The position numbers and the translations under genes are program-made. Shown here in pieces: positions 50,450 to 63,240 of a stretch of 64,000 nucleotides of DNA (positions are counted from its first letter, which is position 1; every line of letters begins with the position of its first letter). The notes below the pieces were generated by a model. The model worked only from the letters and a program-made list of their open reading frames with translations. It made no database searches and had not been told where the DNA came from. The DNA comes from the human T2T-CHM13v2.0 reference genome, Homo sapiens: assembly GCF_009914755.1 (NCBI RefSeq), contig NC_060941.1. The stretch is one strand, 5' to 3'.

Positions 50450-51429
50450 AATTTTTCTGAGTGCCTCACTGTAACTCAGTACGAATATCCTCACTCCATG
50501 TTAAGCCCAGATCACCTGCAGAGATACCTATTATTACTTCTTTTCATTTACTTGTCTTTTTTTTTCCTATTGTATAGTAGCAGCAACATTTAGATAGAGA
50601 GTTCCCTTGAATTCTCTATTTTTAAAAAAGCAATTAGACATTCATGATCAAGGGTAATGGGGCTCTGGGCTCAAGTCCTCTATTTTGTTCCCATTCATCT
50701 GTGGGTCAATAGGTAAGCCACATCTGCTGAGCCTCAACTGCTTCAAAGTACTCATCCTTGCTGGACAGGCAAGTTGCTGGAAACAAGTTTTCCTTCAGCA
50801 ACCATTCAGGTGGCAAATGTTTTATTGAACATCTACACTGTGCCAGGCACTAGGTGAGGAATCAGGGTCCAATCAAACTCTCCAAACCACTGCTCAACAT
50901 ACTCCTCCTTTGACAAATGGGTTTTCAAAATAAGCATGCACATAATGTGCCTCCTTTGGCACACTTCCCAAGAGATTTCACTCTGAAAAGAAAGGCCAGC
51001 CTCAGCCCTTAAAGTGCAGGCCAAATAAAAACTTGCTTGACTATCAAGATTATATTATCATCTCCCCTCCAGTTCCCACCAGACTTCTAGGAAACAGCCA
51101 GACAGCTCCTCCAACCAATCCAGTAGCCAAAATAATCCATTCCAAAGCTTCAACTGAGCATCTTAATGAAATAATTGTTTACCTGATTAGTATTCAGCAT
51201 CCGCAGAAGGAGGCTAAAACCCACCCCTTTCAACCTTTCCTCTCTCAGTCTCACTCTCTCTTTCCTTCCCACCCTGTCTCCTTTCAGATATACTTTCGAA
51301 TCCCACCCCTTTCAGGGGCACAAAGACCAACTCAAATCTGATCGCAGCATTATCAATCAACTTATTCCCTCCCCACCGGGCACCTCCTAAGATATTTTTC
51401 ACCATTTCTTTCATTCTTTGAAAACGATT

Positions 51430-51850
51430 TCTTTGTCACCAAGCCTGTGTGGCACTTCCCCTGCCTCTCCTCTTGACCCTGCACTGTAATCTGGACACTC
51501 CTGGAGCCAAGCCGTGGGAGAGGCAGCCATGCTCAGTCTCCCTGGATAAAGCCAGGGTTCCCTTGGCAACGGGACCGTGTGGACATTCGCAAAGGGGTTT
51601 CCCTCCACCCCCCAGGTCCTCTTTCAACTCAAGAGCTCAGTCCTGTGTCTCTCATGGAGGCGTCTCTAACCAGGGTAGGAAAACAATAGTTCTAAATATC
51701 GGTAATTGGTGTTTGGAGGCCATTGTTTTGCATTCAACAGGCAGGAAAATGTGAGTTGAGTGGGCGAGTGAATTCGGGCGTTAGCTGGTGAGCATCCATG
51801 GTCAGGCAGAGGGAAAGCTGGTTTCATTTCTGTAAACAGGCAAATGTTGA
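51430..51850. promoter_or_regulatory. candidate enhancer/promoter with ETS, RFX, NF-kB, IRF and FOX motifs
   Basis: Unique, GC-richer, CpG-retaining; consensus-level motif matches (see findings). Confidence 0.4.
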
Positions 51851-52819
51851 TCTGAAGTAGTTTGGGTCTGTAATGTGTGTCTTTGTCTTTTGGGAGGTGG
51901 GAGAATGGGGAGATTAAAGGAGAGAGGCTTCTAGAGACAAGTTTTTACTTTATGGTCTGTTTTCTCTTTTATCCTTATCATTTTATTTATATAAAGCAAG
52001 GAAACCAGGGATTACTTGTCTCCATGTTAATGCCAACTCTTGCTCATGATTTCTGACTGTTCACACGCTCTCACTGTCTCCCACATGGATTCTCTCCTTC
52101 TCTCTCTCTCACTTTTTATGGACTTTATTGTCATGATGATGGAGAAGTAAAATTTTTTCTAAAGTTGGAAGTGGATTTTTTTTTTGTAAGAGGTCATCTC
52201 TGAAGAGCTGAGCCAGGGCTAGGCAGGACAGAACTGATTGACACATACTAACCCTGTGGGTTGTGTCGGTGGTATCGGAATCCCTGTTACTGACCCAGAT
52301 TGGTCCAGAAGACCTCAAATGTGCCTTTGGTTGATGGAGGAAATGCCTGTTATTGACTTGGTTAATACTAATCACAGGTTTCTACAATAATTCAGAAGGT
52401 TATTATTGAAGTCCTGGCTGAGGTCCTGGTAGGGGATACTAATAGGAGGAACTTATTCAGCTACTTCACTTCCCCTCAGGAGTTCAGAGTAGGTGAGGAC
52501 CTTACCAAAAAGCTTTTCAGGAATGAACCTGAAGCTTAAGACCTTTGAAAAAACCAGAGATAAGTGCAAGTAAGGCATGAAAGGAGGAGGCCAGAGCACC
52601 GTTCAGTTTTCCTTTCCTTTTCTCTCTTTTCCTTCCTTTCTTTCTTTTTCCTTCCTTCCTTATAAAATCACATCCAGAGTGAGGCCTAAGCATAACTGCT
52701 TATGGAACCTCTGAGAAGGTATCTTGAAGTACTTGCTGAGTTTAAACTGGCTACTGCATTAACCTATTAACCAATATGCCAACACCAAAAAAAAAAAAAA
52801 AAACTTATTCCTTTTACTA

Positions 52820-53130
52820 TGTATTCAAACTTTCAGTAAACCCTTTGGGGACAGGAACTATACAGTTTTCAATATTTTGCCCCTGATTCTAACCAGTTAG
52901 GGGCCAGGTACATTTGGGGGGCTCCATTCATGGTTGTAGAATTGAATTGAATGAACAGTGTGGGGTATGATTACCATTTGTTCCATGAAGTGTAGAGCTA
53001 GGACTAGTCTTGTGGTCAGAAGACTTAGGCTCTAGGCTCAGGTCTGACACTAATTAGTGGCAGAACTTCGACCATACTATTTCAGTTCTCTAACACTCAG
53101 TTTCTTCATCCATGAAGTGACAGAGTTTAA
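52820..53130 (+). mobile_element. L2 3' end followed by MIR
   Basis: ...gtagaattgaattgaatgaa, then tcagaagacttaggctctagg...actcagtttcttcatccatgaa. Confidence 0.55.
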
Positions 53131-53594
53131 ACGAGAACAGTGTTTTCCCAACAAAAGTAGTTATCTAAAGCCTTCATGCCCCCCTCAACCCTGGGGGATA
53201 GGAGGGTTTGGGAGAGGGAGGCCCGTCTGGTCAAGAACAGCTGCTGCAAAAAGGAACATGGCAGACAGAGGAGGAAGTAGAGCAAAAAGTGGCTCAGAGA
53301 CTGGAAGCTGGAAAATGCTGGACCTTAGAGGACTCCTCAGGTCCCTTGTAACTCTGACATTTATTCAGAGTCATGAGACTTATCTCTCCCAGTTTTGTGT
53401 CACCTCTCCTGTATTAGGTACTTTTGAAGATGACACAAAGCAGTACTGTCATTTGTTCTGATATAGGCAAGCAAGCTACCTTTCTTCCATGAGACAAGGC
53501 TTCTCACTGCTGAGAGGTCTGAATCTCTGCCCTTGGAATGTGCCAAGCAGCTGGTCCTAAGCCAGCCACGCTCTGTCTCTTCATTCCAATATAG

Positions 53595-54010
53595 TCTTTC
53601 ATTTATTCGACAATCAACAGGTAATTATTGAAAGCCAATAACTTTCCTTTTTTCTGGATAGCGTGGTCAGGAAGGTTCTCTTTGAGGAGGTGACAGTTAA
53701 GCTGAGGCACCAATTAAGTGAAGGAATAAGCTGTGCTTACAGTGGGAGAATAGCACTGGCTTGAGTCTGAGGACCCCCGTAAGTATGAGGCTCTTGATTT
53801 GGGGAGTCAGCTTGGCATGTCTTAAGGCAAAGCAAGGTGCCTGGGGCAGAAACAGAGTGAAGCAGAGAGGAGAGGTCAGAAGGTTGGAGTGAGATGACAC
53901 AGATCACAGGGGCCTTGTAGGTCATGATAGGGACCAATGGGAAGCCATTGGATAAATTTTTACATAGAAATAATTATATCTGATCACTCCAGCAAATGCG
54001 CAGAGGATAG
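53595..54010 (-). mobile_element. L2
   Basis: tttcatttattcgacaa...ggtcaggaaggttctctttgaggaggtgacagttaagctgag...gggccttgtaggtcatg...atgggaagccattgga. Confidence 0.8.
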
Positions 54011-54029
54011 TGTTCTATAGATGATATCT

Positions 54030-54645
<616 letters not shown>

Positions 54646-54887
54646 TTGTCCAAACTAATCCCATGACCTTTGCACTATGGGCCACAGATGAGCAAGACAA
54701 CTGGAAACGTAAGATGCATGGTGGGTTTCATATATTATCCTCTTTATACCTTGCTCCCTTTGGGAACGTGGGAGGTGGAAAAGGAAGGAGTAAGGTGACT
54801 TGTGCCAAGTCTTGCAGCTGGTTAAGGTCAGGGCTGTGTCTAGGGGCCAGGTTCTTTGTTCCTGCCTCATGTTCTTTCTTTTACGCT

Positions 54888-55112
54888 TAGAGTTAGCAAA
54901 CTACAGCCCCACAGGGCAATCCTAGCTTGCCCTCTGTTTTTATAAATAATGTTTTATTTGAACACAGCCATGCTCACTCATTTATAGACTATCTGTGGCT
55001 GCTTTCACACCAGGGCAGCAGAGTTGATTAGTTACAACAAAGACAGTGTAGCCCCAAAAAGCCAAAATATTTACTTGCCAGAACTTTACAGAAAAAGTTT
55101 GCCAGCCCCCCA
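54888..55112 (+). mobile_element. MER58A (hAT-Charlie)
   Basis: gttagcaaactacagccc...aataatgttttatttgaacacagccatgc...tttacagaaaaagtttgccagcccc. Confidence 0.9.
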
Positions 55113-56569
55113 TCTACACCATTCTTCTCCCTTAATTGGCATGGCTTTATTGTATTTAGCTTAGATATTACCAAATAGGAAAGGCTGGCCTCTCTAGGTC
55201 TCCAAAACAGTGGGATTCAGAGGTTCTTTTGAGGAGAGCACTGTACTGGTAGAATATTGCAGTGAGAGATCTCAGGCCACTGGGAGCCAGCAGAAACACA
55301 CTGGTCACCTGGCAGGGGACAGCAAAGGGAGAGGATGGGGACTCTGGGCATGGTACCTGGGTAGAGAAGAAGGGAATCCCAAATACTTGCTCTTAACTAT
55401 TTCAGACCTCAGAGACAGCTATCTAAAACAGGTGAGGAGGAATGTAGAGGGCTCAGGAAATGAGCAATGCAGCAGCTTTATCTGACCACCACAACTTGAA
55501 TGTGCACTGCTGAGTGGGTCTCTCTGGGACACACCTATCAGGGATTAGCTGGACCTCAGGGCTGCTCATCACTTTATACCCTCGGATGACCATCATTAGC
55601 ACACTGGGAAACAATGCTTGCTTATTCCCAGAGACCACAGTTCAGATGCAAATGGATCTTCCTGGTGACTCCTCCTTCCTCTCTCGAGACTTTAGGAGTA
55701 TGTGTGGACTATGGCGTCTTACCAGGGACTATTTCCCTGCCTGGCACTCAAGAAGCTCACAGCTTGGCTTCAGGTGTTTGGATTTCCAAGTTCCCATTGA
55801 GGCATTTAAATAGGCTCTCCTACATGGACTCCACTTCCTTTAAACCTACTGATGCATTCAGTCTTGACAAGTGATTACTTACCTACCTCAAGGTTTTAAT
55901 CTAGGGCTTGAGGGTACATTTGTAGGTGTAAATCTATAGGTCAGAAAGCAGTGGAGGCTTCACTTGATTGGATACGTGGAATCCGAATTTTAGCTTTACC
56001 GGTACCTGTTCCTCTCCACTCCCGTTTTCAGGCTTATTGCCTTAAGCAGTGGAAACTGGGTTACACAGTTCTTCAACTCCAGGTAATATAAATATAGTGC
56101 CATGTATTTCTTGGCACTCATAACTTTCCAGCCAGCCTACATGGAGAACACCCCAGCTTTCAGGAATGCTAAATAATCCGCCAGATGCATCTGCCATGGT
56201 GTTTCAGGCTCATTAGGCTCCTCCCACTGATCCAATGAACAGATGTGCTAATTTTTCACTTGCTGGGAATGCTTCAGCCATTTGAACACCATGGACTCGG
56301 GGTTGGATCAGTCACCCAGTGCCCTAACACTCAAGCTAATTCACAGGCTGAGCAACTCCCCTCACATACACCCCAGTGGTTATCTTGCCTAATTCCTAGA
56401 AGTTGGTCAGTAACTGAGTTCAAGTGGCATGACAATCCAGTTCCAACATGGGCTCATCCTCCCAACCCAAGACCTTTTTAAAAAGAAAGGGAAGAAGAAA
56501 AGCAATCTTAGCCTCCACAATGATTCCCTTCCATTTGCCTTCTTCCATCCTGGTGCTTAGATGAGGTTA

Positions 56570-57700
56570 CGGCCCTAGCAGAAATGAAATGAAATGAAAC
56601 TGTAAGAAAAAGTCAGCAAATCTAAAACACTGCTGCCTGTTATCAGTGCTAGCAGCCTTCATTAAGCCACTGGGGGCTTGGACAAAGCAAGTGGAGCTAG
56701 AACAGCCTCTGCTTTCTTGGAATGTACCATCAAAATAAGAAACTGCTGAAATGAATTGAGCAAGCAGATTCAAGGGGGTAAAGACAGACAACAACACAGC
56801 ATGTGGGGAGGGAGGGGATGTTATAGAGGAGCCTATGCTGAAAATAAATGATTTTTTTATAAGTGTGGTTAACTTTACTGAGGCTAAAATTGCTAAACAC
56901 CGCATGTATTTTCCCCCCTAAAATAAAAGCTTTGGGGAATTTTGATCTGCCTCACATGAAAAGCTACAGAAAAGGAAGGTATGTGTGAAAGCTTTTAAAA
57001 TTATTACCATATTTCAAGTAGGATAATTATCAGGAATACTTGATGCCATCAGAAGTAAACTAATATAGAATTGCTTTATTTACAGCAATTTAGTCATTTG
57101 TGTTGCCCCATTAACAAGATTCCCTAGCATTCTTATTGATAGAAAATATTTACCACCATCTAGGAATGGTCTAGGCCAAAAAAAAAAAAAAAAAAAAAAG
57201 CAGAAGAAGAAGAAAGAAGAAGAGGAAGAGGAGGAGGAGGAAGAAGAAGTAGAAGAAGAGGAAGAAATGGGCCAGTTTTGTTGAATTCTGTCTAGTGTGA
57301 AAACTTCAGCTGTCTCCTGAATGAAAGTCATCATTCTGCATTTAATCAATATCCAGAAAATGATATTCCATGTGAAGTGCGACATTTTGTTTTGTGTTTA
57401 CTTGGGATTGGAACCAGCTGATTGACTGAACAGGCTACAGTGCTGCCCTTATGAATCAGCACTTGAGTCTGTAATGACCTAATTTCATAATTTAGAATTG
57501 AACATCTATCACAGGCTCTGCCCTGTCTCTAATTTGCCTTTTATTTCAGCATATCACAGTTAGCCTGAGCAGATAGTACTTCTGTGAGTTCTGAACATTT
57601 CTTCAGCAACTCTGAAATAAATATGAGATTTATAGCATTATCTTTGTCCAACCAGCATATATTTCCCCAGATATAATTTTGTTCCCATTTTATAAGATGT
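56570..57700. promoter_or_regulatory. candidate enhancer region(s)
   Basis: Unique sequence with ISRE-like GAAA repeats and MAF, FOXA, PBX/PKNOX-like and NKX2 motifs. Confidence 0.3.
57178..57266. repeat. poly(A) grading into (GAA)/(GAG)n purine tract
   Basis: A22 followed by gcagaagaagaag...gaggaggaggaggaagaagaag. Confidence 0.95.
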
Positions 57701-59254
57701 TGACAAGTAATAACTGCTAAGTGTTTTTATGCAATGTGATTAAAGCTAGTAGTACCTGACAGTGTCCATTGGAGACACACTCTAACCTCTACCCTCCCCC
57801 TTTCCAAGACACACGTATTAATAACTCTTTAGCACCAGTAGTTACTGTTTTTCTTGAACATCGTCAGTCTTGCAGTCTGATTAAATGCTTTTGCATTTGA
57901 GGTTCGGGTTGTATTTTTGTTTGTTGGACAGAAAGATAGAGGGGCAGAGAGAAATGGGGCACTGTCAGCTTTCCTGCATGTTGTTAGAGCAGGGATAGTA
58001 ATGGAAATAGCATTTTAAAATTATAGGATATAACCAAGGGGGCCAGGGCGGGGCAGGGGATAGGAGTAATTAGAGGATTTGACCAGGGGTGGGGGCAGGG
58101 CAGGAGGGCAGGGCAGAGAGATGGGAGGGGTGGGCCATCTGGTGTTAATCTCCTGCTGTGTGTTTGCAGGGCAAAATAGTCAGGGTACTTTGTCAAGGTA
58201 CAGTCTGCTTTTGCAGACACAGATGGAGCAAAAGGGAGATTAATACATGTGGTTCTAACCACCTTTCATATCTTTACAGCTAAACATTATTTATAGAAAT
58301 CAATTAGTCCTCTGTCTCTGCAATTTTATTATGAGGCTCTGTCCAAGTTTCTGGCAAGCTCTTTAAGAGGATGATTGATGGTAAACTTTCAGAATGAATA
58401 AAAAATGAACCCTCCCCTAGGAATTGGTGTAGTGGAGAGAAAGGTAAATGATAAAAATTACAAACTCTGCAAGTTTCTAGGAAAGTAATGTAGGATCAGT
58501 GTGGTCCTTGTTACACAGTTTTTCCTTATGGCTAACTTTCTTTTCTCTTTCTCTTCCTTTCTTTCTTTTTTCTTTTTTCTTTCTTTTTCTTTATTTTCCA
58601 CTACATTCAGCGGTCTGTTTGCTATGGAAACTTTAGGAGAGCTTGATGCCTACAACTGAACTTGTGGGAAAGTAAAGGTTTATTCATTTGCCAAGCTAGT
58701 AAATGCCACTTTGATTACTGATGCTCATAAGAGATAAAGAGTTCCAGGAAAAAAATGGAACAGAGCTCTCATGTTTTGTCTTATGGAAACTTTTATAAGA
58801 GATGGGAGCTGCCGATTGCTTCCATTAAATTAGTCTAGGAGCCAAGTAATGGTAAGTATGAAATCCCATTGTAATGAATCCCGTGGAAGATGCCTATTGA
58901 TTTATTCTGAAATTCCAGTCTTGGTAGAGACTGCTGCCAAAGCTCACACCCTCCAGGCTCAGAAATAAAACAGTAATGATACCTTAGAGGTGAAGAAGGA
59001 ATGATCAAATAAATCAAAGTTCTAAACCCAGGAGAAGACAAGAGACAGTGGCACATAGTGCACAGGTTCTAATGCTGTTGAACCTTGGGGTGTGAAGTTG
59101 TTCTGTTTTGATAACTATTTTGAAAAAACCAGAGGGCTCTTTTGGCCTCTAATACTTGAGATGGTGGTGATGCCAAAGGTCAAATAGAATTAGAGGAGAT
59201 TTGTATGCCACTTTAAGAACTATAAAGGTTGCTGGAGAGTTTCCTAGTCTCATT

Positions 59255-59395
59255 CAACCTCGGTTTCCTCCTCTGTAAAATAAAGATTGTAATAGTATCG
59301 ACCTCAGAGTTTTGCTGTAAGGATTAAATGAGATTATGCATTAAATTGCTTAGCATAGTATAAATACAGCAAATTCTATCGTGGTAGTATCATTA
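59255..59395 (+). mobile_element. MIR
   Basis: cctcggtttcctcctctgtaaaataaagattgtaatagtatcgacctcagag...aggattaaatgagatt. Confidence 0.85.
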
Positions 59396-59934
59396 GGGTT
59401 AACAGGATTCAGAATAACTTTTCTCATTGTCTTAAGGTTTGGCATTTACTATAGAACTTGTTCTTGTTTACTAATTGAGAAATGTACCTGAAGGGGTCCT
59501 AGTAACTGCGTTCAGGGAAGATAGTCATTATTTCCATTTCGTATCCCACTCTGTATTACTTTGATATGAAACTCGTACACAGTAGGTACTCAATAAATAC
59601 TTCCTGATTTAAAAATTCTAGGTTTAAATGAAATTTGCTTGAGCTGCTGATACAAACTTATACAGGCTGTATATAATGCAATTTGTTGATATATGAAATA
59701 ACTAATTTCCAAATTTCTGTAATTCCCCACATTACTCAGAACATCTTTTTGTTTGATGAAATCAGCTAACATAATGTGTGACACGTATATGCTTAATAAA
59801 CATTTATTGAATGATGAATTATTGCATAAACCCTATAGAGGATTAAAAGAGACCTAGACAAGGAAAAGATTTTACATTAAAAAAAATTAACTTTTCTCTT
59901 AGATTTCAGTAAAAAAAAAAAATTCATGAATTGA

Positions 59935-60355
59935 ATTAGAAATATAATTGCTTGCAAGCTATAGAAAATGTGTCTTCCTAACTTAAAAGAAAATAATTTG
60001 TAGAAGATTTGGGACAGTTCTCAGGGTCTATGGGAATGCTGGACAACCATGCTTGCCAAAATGCAGGATGCAGGCAGCAACACAGATGTGAGAGCAGAAA
60101 CTTTACCAGCTTCACTGATCAGCACCATGAGTAAGTTTCTGTTGTTATTTTCATCCTAGTTCCACTTCAAAGTCAAAATCCCAGAAAAGAGTCTGATTGG
60201 CCTAGCTTGGGTCACATGTCCACCCCACCCCCAAGTGTAGTCAGGGCAGGGGGTCTTATTTAGAGTCTCACCAAGAATACATAAAACTAAGGAGAGGTAG
60301 TTCTCCCCTACCTAAAAGAAGTCAGGATTCTGTAACCAAATTTAAAATGTCCACA
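59935..60355 (-). mobile_element. old MaLR LTR (MLT1K/L-like)
   Basis: gcttgcaagctatagaaa...tcaaaatcccagaaaagagtctgattggcctagcttgggtcacatgtccaccc. Confidence 0.6.
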
Positions 60356-60395
60356 TTATAAACTTAATAATATCTATACATAATAAGTATGCATC

Positions 60396-60812
60396 TATGT
60401 TTATTTGCTTAGGGCCGCCTCACAAACTACCATAGACTGAGTGGCTTCAGCAACCGAAATTTATTGTCTCTCAGTTCTGGAGGCTGGAAGCCCAAGATCA
60501 AGGTGTCAAGAGGGTTGGTTTCTTCTGAGGACTATGAGGGAAGGGTCTGTTTTAAGCTCTTCTTCTGGCTTATAGATGGCCATCCTGTCGTTGGGTCTTC
60601 GTGTGGTCCTTCTTCCATACATATCTGTCCACATTTCCTCTTGTTATAAGGACACAGTCATATTGGAGTAGGGTCCACTTTAATGACTTTGTTTTTTAAC
60701 TTAAGTACTTCTTTAAAGACCCTATCTCCAAATAGAATTATATTCTGAAGTACTGGGGTGTGGAAATTCAACATATGGATTTGGGTGAGGGAACAAAATT
60801 TAGGCTGTAACT
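60396..60812 (-). mobile_element. MLT1B-like MaLR solo LTR
   Basis: aactaccatagactgagtggctt...aaatttattgtctctcagttctggaggctggaag...aagaccctatctccaaata; TSD gcatc/gcatg. Confidence 0.9.
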
Positions 60813-60897
60813 GCATGTTGTAAACACAAATGAGTGGAAATATCAATTAGCAAACACCTATTTTATCTATAACACTTTTAGTAAAAATGGAGTAATC

Positions 60898-61229
<332 letters not shown>

Positions 61230-62229
61230 CTACAGAGTTATTTAACATTCCAAACTTGCTGGTTGAGCTCACCAGAACAGAGATAAACAGGTTTTTCTCC
61301 CCCAGCCCGTTCTTTCTCTTTTAAACCCATACTTGAACCTTAAGAAATGAAAGTTGGTAAAACCCTTTCTAACCGAGGTGCCAGTTTTGCCTATAACATT
61401 GTTCACAGAGATTTTTCTAAGAGCAGAGCCAAGCAGAAATGACTCATTATTACCTCCACTACGCATACAGATTTTCATTTGGACACTAGCCACTGTTTAA
61501 ACTTGACACTGTCCAGCCTCGAGCAATACATGAAGCAAGTAATAGTCATGTAGCGGTGCAGAAAGCCCTGGCTGGCTCCTGGGCTATCTAGCTTGCTTCC
61601 TAAAACTTCCAGCTCCCCTGGTTTATAATTCTGTGATTCACATTTTCTCAGCACACATACCTGTGGGCTTCTTCCATGACCCATGCCGACTTTCATACTT
61701 CCATACCTATGTTTCCTTGGAAAGATGTGCCCTTGGCAACAGATTTCTACTGACCAAGGAACTGAGAGGTAGCTTACTCCTGAAAGTTTAGAGGTAGTTT
61801 ATGCTGTTGACATCTTTGTAGGGGGAAGAGTAGCACAGCAGAGGCCTGCCCATCAATGGGAACTCATCCATTTAGCTCTACCTAATAGTGTTTGACTTCT
61901 TTTTCCTTCCCTTCCAATGCCTGTGAATATTAATCCATCAGACTTAGAAGACAATCTGAACAAACACACAAGCTACATGACTGAAGGTGCCAACTCCCAT
62001 CTATGAGGGAGAAAGCATCTAGACACGCAGAACAGTTTTGGTTTATTACTCTTTCCTCAGTGTAGGCGTAATGTGATGTGTTTTGTGTGGTGTGTGTATT
62101 TTGGTGTTTGTACACATCATCATGGAATTTGGGTAAATCTGCATCAGCAATAGCAGGTGTGACTTTGGTGTAAAAAGTAATCCCCCATGTGAGTCAAACA
62201 GTAAAAATGTGGACCCCCAAGGCCTCTCA

Positions 62230-62710
62230 TGATCTGTCTTCCATCCATATCTCCAGTCTTGTATTTTATTCCCCTCAACTCTGGCCACATACTCCACTCA
62301 CCTTGCTTTTCCACCCTTCTGTGCCTTTGGATCTGCTGCTCCCTTGGCCCAGAAAGACCTCCGTTGCATTCCACCCTCCTCTACACCTAGATGACTTCTA
62401 CTCATGTGTTACATTTCAGCCTAGATGCCAGATCCTCTGGGAATACTCTGCCCATCTCCCTACTCCTTGGTCTCAGTCAGATGCCCTTCCTCAACACGCC
62501 ATAGTTCGCTGCCCATCTCTACTGGATCTGTTCTCATGTTGTACCCTAATTCATTGTGAGTTTGTCTGTTTCTATCGAGACTCTGTGCTGCTTGAGGGTG
62601 GGGACTGTCTATCTCACCTCTTATTCTCCAGCCCGTAGCACAGTAGCTGGCACATGATTAATGTTTACTGGCTAGATCAATGATTTAATGAAGAAATGAA
62701 TTAATTAAGT
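62230..62710 (+). mobile_element. L2 3' region
   Basis: ...cttgagggtggggactgtct...ccagcccgtagcacagtagctggcacatg...aatgaagaaatgaa. Confidence 0.8.
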
Positions 62711-63059
62711 GAAAAAAAGATTTAGAGACACAGCTTTCTTAATATCAACAATCTGGAAGTTCTGGAAGCCTCTTTATTTGAAAATAGCAAAGTCTTTTTA
62801 ACACAGTCAAATGCCCCCAAGATTCCAAGTTGAAAATTGTCTGTGACCTGTAGATTATTCTTGGGGCCTCTTATCATAAAGTTCAGCCAGTTTCTCAGGA
62901 TAATGCATCAATTTGTTTCTCAATAGAAATCTGTTCTGTCAGTTGAAAATACTTGATGGTGATAACTATTGGACAAGCCACACTGGAAAATAAAATCCAG
63001 TTCAGACTGCCAAAATTATAACCTACGAAGAAGAAATGGTAGTATACACAAAATGCTCA

Positions 63060-63240
63060 TTGTTATGGTGTAGTGAAAAGTACACTGGATTTAGAGCCAA
63101 AAGGCATCAAACCTGGTCCCCATCATTTGCTAGTTAGGTGGCACTGGACAACTTAGTTAATGTTTCAGAGCCCACCTAATTTGCTTTTCATCCTGTAAAA
63201 TAGGTTCACTCCAGTTGCCTTATGAACTTTAAGCTCTGTG
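63060..63240 (+). mobile_element. MIR3/MIR
   Basis: tatggtgtagtgaaaagtacactggatttagagcc...ttgctagttaggtggcactggacaact...tcatcctgtaaaatagg. Confidence 0.7.
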
